Both the position numbers and the translations under genes were made by a program. The notes beneath the pieces are model-generated. The model did not search any database. It saw only the letters and a program-made list of their open reading frames with translations, and was not told where the DNA came from. From NCBI GenBank assembly GCA_039586795.1, contig JBDHJS010000017.1:1-64000 (forward strand): 64,000 nt of DNA, read 5' to 3'. Of the stretch, positions 57,459 to 64,000 are shown piece after piece. How positions within the stretch are numbered: position 1 is the stretch's first letter; each line of letters starts with the position of its first letter. The DNA is from Gemmatimonadota bacterium (GTDB taxonomy: Bacteria > Gemmatimonadota > Gemmatimonadetes > Palauibacterales > KS3-K002).

Positions 57459-58676
57459 TCAGCGGTTGCCGGATGCCATCTTGCCGGCATCGGGGAGCGA
57501 GCGTAGGCGGAGCATGCTGGTGATTCCGAAGACCGGGCCGATCACCAGTATGGTGAAGGCCCACTCCCAGCCGATCCGATCGACCAGAGGCGGGACGAGC
57601 CGAATGGTCAGGAGCGTCAGCAGGAAGCCGAGGCTCGTCTGCATCGTCAACGCGGTACCGACGTAGCGGGAATCGCTGAGCTCGCTCACCGCCGCGCTGA
57701 ACTGCGCGCTATCCGCCACCACCGTGAACCCCCAGATCAAACAAACGAGAGTCACGAGTAACGGCGACTGAAACAGCAAGCCGACCACCAGCGCGCAACT
57801 GCCGGAGATCAACATGCTGGCAGCGGCAACTCGGGTCCTTCCGAGACGATCCGCCAACCGTCCGGCGATGACGCAGCTCGGGCCACCAATCGCCACCGCC
57901 GCGAAGCCCGCCAGTCGCGCGCCGGTCTCACTCCAGCCGGCCTGCTGGTAGGCCGCGAGCAGGAAGATGGGGACCCAGGTCCACATCGCGTACAACTCCC
58001 ACATGTGGCCGAAGTATCCGAAGTTGGCCAGCCGCAGCGGCTGATTCTTGAGCGCCTCAGCCGCCTGCCGCGGATCGAACGGCGCGGTAGCCGAGAGCAA
58101 CGGACCCTGCCGGACGAAGAGCCCGGTCAGCAACGATCCGACCAAGGCCGAGGCGGACGCGATCAACAGGACGGGCCGCCAGGGTGGAATTCCCACCTCA
58201 CCGCCAACGACGGGAAGCGCGGCGAAGAGGTGCGGTAGCGCCGAGCCGACCGTGAGCGCGCCGACCAGGAAGCCGATGCAGAGGCCCCGGTCCTCCTTGC
58301 ACCAGGTCGCCATCAGCTTCATACCCGGTGGGTACACTCCGGCAAGCGCCATCCCCGTAAGAAAGCGTAAGACGATGGCGGCCCACGGGCCGTCCACGAA
58401 CAACGCGATGCCGGCGTTGAACGCGGCGCCCAGCAACGCGCTGAGGGCGATCAGCCGGCGCGCCGGGATCCGATCGGCGATGTTGAGTGATGCAGAAAGC
58501 AGAGCCCCGACCACGAAACCGAGCTGCACGCTCATCGTGAGCCAGGAAGCCTCGGCGCCGCTCAGGCTCCACTCCGCTCGCAGCTGCGGCACGACGGCCG
58601 AAGCCGAGAACCAGAGCGACATCGCCAGCATCTCTCCGACGGCCAGCAGCCAGAGGCTTCGCCATTTCTCACTCAT
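57459..58676 (-). CDS. MFS transporter
   Basis: GGAG RBS before MSEKW; about 12 TM segments; LAGVYPPGMK, GYFGHMWELYAMW, VADSAQFSA. Confidence 0.9.
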   Translation of the reverse strand: MSEKWRSLWLLAVGEMLAMSLWFSASAVVPQLRAEWSLSGAEASWLTMSVQLGFVVGALLSASLNIADRIPARRLIALSALLGAAFNAGIALFVDGPWAAIVLRFLTGMALAGVYPPGMKLMATWCKEDRGLCIGFLVGALTVGSALPHLFAALPVVGGEVGIPPWRPVLLIASASALVGSLLTGLFVRQGPLLSATAPFDPRQAAEALKNQPLRLANFGYFGHMWELYAMWTWVPIFLLAAYQQAGWSETGARLAGFAAVAIGGPSCVIAGRLADRLGRTRVAAASMLISGSCALVVGLLFQSPLLVTLVCLIWGFTVVADSAQFSAAVSELSDSRYVGTALTMQTSLGFLLTLLTIRLVPPLVDRIGWEWAFTILVIGPVFGITSMLRLRSLPDAGKMASGNR

Positions 58677-58894
58677 AAGCACGCCGCTCCTCGATCGAGA
58701 GCGACAATATGAGCATCTGTGATGGGTGTGGGACAGAGGGAGGTAGTGACTCAATCGTCCTCCGCTGCACCACAACCCGTTACTCCAGTGTCCTGTGACT
58801 CGGCCAGGCAGTAAGTTATCTATTCGTAAACCGGCATTGGTTGGGCACGGAAGGGGTCCCAACCGCGTTCTAGTTTCGGGTGCGTACACGATCT

Positions 58895-60484
58895 ATGACT
58901 GATTCCGCGACTCGAAAGCCGCAGCGGCTGGCCGCGATCGACATCGGCAGCAACACGATCCGACTCGTGGTCGTGGAAGTCGATGCGGACGGGACTTACC
59001 GAGTGCTGGATGAGGAGCGCGAACAGACCCGGCTGAGTCGCGGTCTGCAGAAGACCGGCAAGCTCGACAAGGATTCGATGGAGAGATCGCTGGAAGCTCT
59101 TGGCAGGATGAAACAGATTGCCGACGGCTACGACGTAGCAGAGCTCCGGGCCATTGCCACCGCCGCCGTTCGTTCAGCGAGCAACCGTAGAACGTTTCGC
59201 CGCCAAGCCGCGCGTCGTCACGGCCTGGACGTTCAGGTCGTATCCGCGCGCAACGAGGCACGGCTCGCGTTTTTGAGCATGGGCCGGCAGTTCAATCTGG
59301 ACGGCACGCCCGTAGCGATGGTCGATATCGGTGGTGGCAGCGTCGAGATCGTGCTGGCTGCCGGCACGGTTGTGGACCGCATCTACTCGCTTCCGTTGGG
59401 CGCCGTCCGTCTGACGGAAGGCTTCGGCGAGTCCGACCCATGGAAAGACCGCGACTGGCGCAAGCTGAACAAAGCAATCGACAAATCAATCAAGCGTCGA
59501 GTCGGAAAACCCCCGATCAATCCGCAAGTCATGGTTGGCAGCGGCGGAACTTTTACCGCGCTAGGCGGGATGGTGAAGTACGAACGGGAGGGACGCGCGG
59601 ATGGGGTCCAGGGATACCCGATCGCCCGGGCCGAGGTCGTATCTCTAGTCAATCGGCTACGCGAGATGCCGGAGGAATCGCGAAAGCAGGTTCCCGGCTT
59701 GAGCCCCGATCGGGCGGACATCATCGTTGCCGGTGCGGCCGCGATAGCGCGGCTCGCCAAGCACCTGGGCTGCCGCCAGATCCTGGTCAACGAAGGTGGA
59801 GTTAGGGAAGGTCTCCTGCTGTCCATGATCGCCGAACGCACCCGTGGCAAGCGAATCCCCGGATCCCAGTTCAAAGATCGCATGGAGTGGGTGCGGCTGT
59901 TCGCCAGAAAGTGCGGTTCGAACGAGATGCATTGCGACCACGTAGCGTTTCTGGCGACGCAGATCTTCGACGGACTCCAGGAAACGTATGAGCTAGAGCC
60001 CGAAGGCCGCGAGCTTCTCGTGGCGGCAGCGTTGCTGCACGAGATCGGCTACCTGATCAGCCACGCGAAGCACCACAAACACGCTTATCATCTGATCATG
60101 CACGGAGACCTGCCGGGCTACTCGGCTCGTGAGGTCGAGTTAATCGCCAACATCGCCAGGTATCATCGGCGGGCGTACCCAAAGAAGTCACACGAGAACT
60201 TAGCATCGTTGGGAAAGGCAGATCGCAGGATGGTGCGGCAACTGAGCGCAATCCTCCGCGTCGCCGACGGCCTGGACCGTACGCATGCCCGAACGATCAC
60301 CGCGATAGCCGTCGAGCACGATGACGACGCAACACGGTTACTGCTAGAGTCGCAGATGCAGCCGCGGGTAGAGATGTGGGATGCCGATCGAAAGGCCGGG
60401 CTTTTCGAAAAGGTCTACAGATCCGAACTTGAATTTCATTGGGTCGAGCGCGACGAAAAGCCGGCACTGCGATCGGTCAGCTAA
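58895..60484 (+). CDS. ppx: Exopolyphosphatase Ppx/GppA with C-terminal HD domain
   Basis: AAIDIGSNT, ATAAVR, DIGGGSVE, GSGGT, RADII, GVREG, ALLHEIG, LRVADGLD. Confidence 0.93.
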   Translation: MTDSATRKPQRLAAIDIGSNTIRLVVVEVDADGTYRVLDEEREQTRLSRGLQKTGKLDKDSMERSLEALGRMKQIADGYDVAELRAIATAAVRSASNRRTFRRQAARRHGLDVQVVSARNEARLAFLSMGRQFNLDGTPVAMVDIGGGSVEIVLAAGTVVDRIYSLPLGAVRLTEGFGESDPWKDRDWRKLNKAIDKSIKRRVGKPPINPQVMVGSGGTFTALGGMVKYEREGRADGVQGYPIARAEVVSLVNRLREMPEESRKQVPGLSPDRADIIVAGAAAIARLAKHLGCRQILVNEGGVREGLLLSMIAERTRGKRIPGSQFKDRMEWVRLFARKCGSNEMHCDHVAFLATQIFDGLQETYELEPEGRELLVAAALLHEIGYLISHAKHHKHAYHLIMHGDLPGYSAREVELIANIARYHRRAYPKKSHENLASLGKADRRMVRQLSAILRVADGLDRTHARTITAIAVEHDDDATRLLLESQMQPRVEMWDADRKAGLFEKVYRSELEFHWVERDEKPALRSVS

Positions 60485-60497
60485 CCATGATAGACCG

Positions 60498-61004
60498 ATG
60501 GATTTGATCATCGTTAGGCACGCTATCGCGGAAGACCGGGAGGCATTCGCAGCGAGGGGCGAGTCGGACAGCCTGCGCCCTCTCACATCGAAGGGGCACA
60601 AGCGAATGCGTCGGGGCGCCCGGGGCCTAAAACAAATCATCCCCCAGGTCGACCTGATCGCAACCAGCCCGTTGGTCCGCGCGCGCCAGACTGCCGAGAT
60701 TCTGGGGCACATCTACGACAACACGGTCGCAATCGAGATCGCCGAGCTCGAACCGGGCGCCAGTCTGGAGAGCATGTTGCGCTGGCTTCAGAACCAACGA
60801 TCTGATGCGACGATCATGCTCGTCGGCCACGAGCCGTTCCTCAGTATGCTGATCTCCTGGTTGACGACGCGATCGGATGACACGTTTCTGGAATTCAAAA
60901 AGGGTGGCGCCTGTTTCATCACTTTCGATGAGGGTATCTATGCCGGTGGGGCCACGATGCAGTGGCTTGTGACACCGGCACAGTTGAGAAGCCTGAGCGC
61001 CTAG
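60498..61004 (+). CDS. sixA: Phosphohistidine phosphatase SixA
   Basis: IVRHAIAE, RPLT, TSPLVRARQTA, LVGHEP, FKKGG. Confidence 0.9.
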   Translation: MDLIIVRHAIAEDREAFAARGESDSLRPLTSKGHKRMRRGARGLKQIIPQVDLIATSPLVRARQTAEILGHIYDNTVAIEIAELEPGASLESMLRWLQNQRSDATIMLVGHEPFLSMLISWLTTRSDDTFLEFKKGGACFITFDEGIYAGGATMQWLVTPAQLRSLSA

Positions 61005-61005
61005 C

Positions 61006-62031
61006 ATGGCCACCGTAGGAACAGACGAGCTCGACCGGCCAGTCGGCGAGACGGCACGCCGCCTTGCCCTCGCATGGCTTGCCGAGGCGGACGACGCGCT
61101 CGATCGCTTGCATGACCCGGTTGACGTAGATGCTCTTCACGATTTCCGCGTAGCGCTTCGCAGATTCCGCAGCACCCTCAGAGCCTATCGTCCGTACCTG
61201 AAGGGAAGTGGTCCAAAGAAGGCGAGCCGCCGGATTCGCGACCTGGCATCAGCAACGAACCCGGGCCGTGACGCCGAGGTGGCCATCGTTTGGCTCGAGA
61301 AGCAGGCGGACGCCATGAGCCAGGACGAACGTCCAGGCTACGATTGGCTGCTGCGCCGTTTAGAAGCCGAGAAGGTGCGCTGTTACGATGAAGCCCGAAA
61401 GCGCATCGCTCGAGATTACCGTGACACGCGGCGCCGGATCGCCCGCCGGCTGTCCGACTTCGAGGCAAGCTGCGAAGACGCCGTTGGTCCAGACCAAAGG
61501 TCTTTTGCTCTGGCAACGGGAGAACTGATCCTTGATCACGCGGATGACCTGAAGGCGCTGCTCGCCACTATAAGATCGCCTGCTCACGAAAGCGAAGCGC
61601 ATGATTCGAGGATCGCGGCAAAACGGCTGCGCTACCTGATCGAGCCGCTGAGACGATCGGTGGACGGAGTGAAGCCGTTAGTGATACAACTCAAGTCACT
61701 CCAGGATGTTCTGGGAGAGCTGCACGATACGCACGTTTTGGCAGCCGAGATCGCCGATTCGATGCCTGCGGTCGCGGCGGAACGAGCCGGTCGGCGTCAC
61801 GTGCCCGCTACAGACCCCGTGGGCTCGACCACCGCAGAGGGCGTTGTCGATGGGGCGGTCGGCTTGCTCGCCCTAGCGCAACGGTTGCAGCAACGACAAC
61901 GGGCGCTACACGAAGATTTCACTTCGAACTGGTTGGCTGAGGAATCTGTGTCTTTCTTCCGCGGCCTTACGACACTTGAAAGACGGCTACGCCAGAGGGG
62001 TGAGTACGACCCCGCGCGCACTATCCGGTAG
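61006..62031 (+). CDS. CHAD domain (polyphosphate-binding) protein
   Basis: LHDFRVALRRFRS, RDAEV, HDSRIAAKRLRYLIE, LQDVLGELHD. Confidence 0.9.
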   Translation: MATVGTDELDRPVGETARRLALAWLAEADDALDRLHDPVDVDALHDFRVALRRFRSTLRAYRPYLKGSGPKKASRRIRDLASATNPGRDAEVAIVWLEKQADAMSQDERPGYDWLLRRLEAEKVRCYDEARKRIARDYRDTRRRIARRLSDFEASCEDAVGPDQRSFALATGELILDHADDLKALLATIRSPAHESEAHDSRIAAKRLRYLIEPLRRSVDGVKPLVIQLKSLQDVLGELHDTHVLAAEIADSMPAVAAERAGRRHVPATDPVGSTTAEGVVDGAVGLLALAQRLQQRQRALHEDFTSNWLAEESVSFFRGLTTLERRLRQRGEYDPARTIR

Positions 62032-64000
62032 CCTGCTCGCCGAGTTGCGGGCGAGTTCGTGAAACAACATTTGAGAGCGTACGGCCGACTCCCCGGCCTC
62101 GGGACTCACGCGCTCGTACGTGCCGTCGCTCAACAAGCGCCGAGTTTTTACGTTGTCGGCGAGACAGACCGGGAGCAGTTCGCTTGCGATGCGTGACTTG
62201 AGCCGCGGGTCGTCGACCGGGAAGACCAACTCGATACGCCTGTAGAAGTTGCGAGGCATCCAGTCCGCGCTTCCCAAGAGGATCTCCGGGTCGCCCCCAT
62301 TCTCGAAATAGAAGATGCGGCTGTGCTCGAGGAACTTGTCGACGACGCTGGTGACACGGATGGTCTCCGACACCCCGCGGAGACCAGGGCGCAGGCAGCA
62401 TATCCCGCGCACCAGCAGGTCTATCTGCACGCCGGCGTGTGAGGCGTCGTACAGAGCGTCGATAAGCGACGGTTCAACGAGGGCGTTCATCTTCGCGACG
62501 ATCCGCGCCGGTCGGCCTTGCTCCGCGTTGCGACGTTCGCCTTCGATCATCTCGATGAGTCTCTCTCGCAGGCCCCTTGGCGCGACGAGAAGCTTCTTCC
62601 ACCTATGCCCTTGCGAGTATCCCGTCAGCAGATTGAACAGCTCGCTCGCGTCTTCGCCCACGTCCGGGTCTGCGGTGAACAACCCGATATCGGTATAGAT
62701 CCGCGCCGTCGTTGGATTGTAGTTACCGGTAGCCTGGTGCACGTAGCGCCGGATTCCGTCTGCTTCGCGTCTCACCACCAGAGCCAGCTTGCAATGCGTC
62801 TTGACGCCGACGACTCCGTACACGACGTGCACACCGGCCTGCTCTAGCGATCGCGCCCAGGCAATGTTGTTCGCTTCATCGAAACGCGCCTTCAATTCAA
62901 CCAGCGCTGTGACCTGTTTGCCATTGTTGGCGGCGCGAGTCAGCGCATCGAGTATCGGGCTGGATACGCTGGTGCGATACAGCGTCTGCTTGATGGCCAG
63001 AACGTCGGGATCTTCCGCCGCGGCCTCGATAAAGTCCACTACGGCGTTGAACGATTCGTAGGGGTGGTGGACGAGGATATCTCCCTTCCGAATCGAATCG
63101 AATAGATCCTTCCCTTGTGCCAGCGCCGGTGCCGTCCTTGGTACGAGGTGTTCGTACTTCAGATGACGATGACCATCGTTCAAGTATAGGGAACTCAAGC
63201 CGGTCAGATCGACAGGTCCATCCACGACGTAGATGTCGCGAGGCTCCAGCTCGAGGGCCTCGCCCAACAGCTGCATGAACTTGTCATCTGCCCCGGCGCC
63301 GATCTCAAGGCGCACAGCTTCCCGGCGTCGACGTTCACGAAGCGATTCCTCAATCGCATTCAGCAGGTCTTCGACCTCATCCTCATCGATCGTCAGGTCG
63401 GTGTTGCGTGTGACTCGAAACACCGTCTGCGCGGCGATTCGGAAACCGCCGAACAGATCTCCGGCGTGTGCGGCAATCAGGTCCTCGAGCAGGATGAACC
63501 GCTGGTTCCCATTCTCTTCCGGCAATTGCACTGTCCGCTCCACGACCGATGGTACCTGTACGACGCCGAACAGTTGCTTGAAGGCTCCGGAATCGATGCT
63601 CTCGAGCAGCATGGCGATGTTGATGCTCTTGTTGTGGACGTGCGGGAACGGGTGCCCTGGATCGATGGCCAGCGGTGTCAGGATGGGGTAGATGCGATCC
63701 GCGAAATACTTCTCGACATGCTCGCGCTCGGCATCCGACAACTCGCTGTAATCGACGCATTCAATTCTGTGCGCTGCCATCGCCGGCATGACTTCATCGC
63801 GGAGCACGCGGTACTGATCGGAAACTAGCGAGTGGGTCCGTTTGTCGATCCGATCCAGTACAGTATACGGGTCAAGTCCATCGGCCGCGTAGTCCTGCGG
63901 CTCCACCCCGGCGCGCAGTTGCTCTTTGAGGCCCGCAACACGGACCTCGAAGAACTCGTCCAGGTTCGAGGAGAATATCGAGAGGAATTTCAGGCGTTCG
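61987..64000 (-). CDS. ppk1: Polyphosphate kinase 1 (5' end outside window)
   Basis: Frame open to the window edge (ERLKFLSIFSSNLDEFFEVRVAGL); DPGHPFP, HHPYESF, IKQTLYRT, ELKARFDE, KTHCK, FLEHSRI, SADWMPRN. Confidence 0.97.
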   Translation of the reverse strand, partial: ERLKFLSIFSSNLDEFFEVRVAGLKEQLRAGVEPQDYAADGLDPYTVLDRIDKRTHSLVSDQYRVLRDEVMPAMAAHRIECVDYSELSDAEREHVEKYFADRIYPILTPLAIDPGHPFPHVHNKSINIAMLLESIDSGAFKQLFGVVQVPSVVERTVQLPEENGNQRFILLEDLIAAHAGDLFGGFRIAAQTVFRVTRNTDLTIDEDEVEDLLNAIEESLRERRRREAVRLEIGAGADDKFMQLLGEALELEPRDIYVVDGPVDLTGLSSLYLNDGHRHLKYEHLVPRTAPALAQGKDLFDSIRKGDILVHHPYESFNAVVDFIEAAAEDPDVLAIKQTLYRTSVSSPILDALTRAANNGKQVTALVELKARFDEANNIAWARSLEQAGVHVVYGVVGVKTHCKLALVVRREADGIRRYVHQATGNYNPTTARIYTDIGLFTADPDVGEDASELFNLLTGYSQGHRWKKLLVAPRGLRERLIEMIEGERRNAEQGRPARIVAKMNALVEPSLIDALYDASHAGVQIDLLVRGICCLRPGLRGVSETIRVTSVVDKFLEHSRIFYFENGGDPEILLGSADWMPRNFYRRIELVFPVDDPRLKSRIASELLPVCLADNVKTRRLLSDGTYERVSPEAGESAVRSQMLFHELARNSASRLPDSARGVVLTPLA

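Noticed and set aside
58746..58814. 22-codon GTG uORF upstream of ppx
   Set aside because: GGAGG is only 2 nt from the GTG and the peptide has no distinctive composition.
1..64000. tRNA, rRNA, transposase, integrase, prophage or defence genes
   Set aside because: No such motifs were recognised; nearly all the sequence is accounted for by the listed genes.

Overview
High-GC bacterial chromosome segment. The gene repertoire suggests Gemmatimonadota (inference): CarboxypepD/TonB receptor, TPR Ser/Thr kinase, BTAD-AAA regulator, small F-x-D/WEA proteins. No rRNA, tRNA, CRISPR array or intact mobile element was seen. Left to right: (1) a minus-strand c-di-GMP locus made of an Fe-S/degenerate [FeFe]-hydrogenase-like diguanylate cyclase, an uncharacterised adaptor-like protein, an unannotated 22-aa hydrophobic peptide gene with a perfect RBS enclosed by a 24-nt inverted repeat, and a multi-TM sensor that runs off the window (probably MASE9-type/HD-GYP); (2) a lipoprotein-TonB receptor-Wza-like trio; (3) a complete trpE-G-D-C-F-B-A-aroF operon with an unannotated Trp-rich leader peptide and attenuator; (4) a tungstate ABC transporter and a prkA-DUF444-spoVR operon with an internally duplicated unknown protein between them; (5) a probable deletion scar; (6) aminotransferase, MFS, acyltransferase and kelch genes; (7) a 1590-aa acyl-CoA-ligase/kinase-like/GNAT fusion next to a eukaryote-type citrate synthase; (8) a Ser/Thr kinase, BTAD-AAA and REC-HD-GYP cluster; (9) bacilliredoxin, pterin dehydratase and a glycosyltransferase/DedA cluster; (10) a ppx-sixA-CHAD-ppk1 polyphosphate cluster. 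The best candidates for undescribed systems are the peptide-plus-sensor c-di-GMP locus (1-3631) and the ligase-pseudokinase-GNAT fusion (33163-37935). All calls are by eye; no searches were run.
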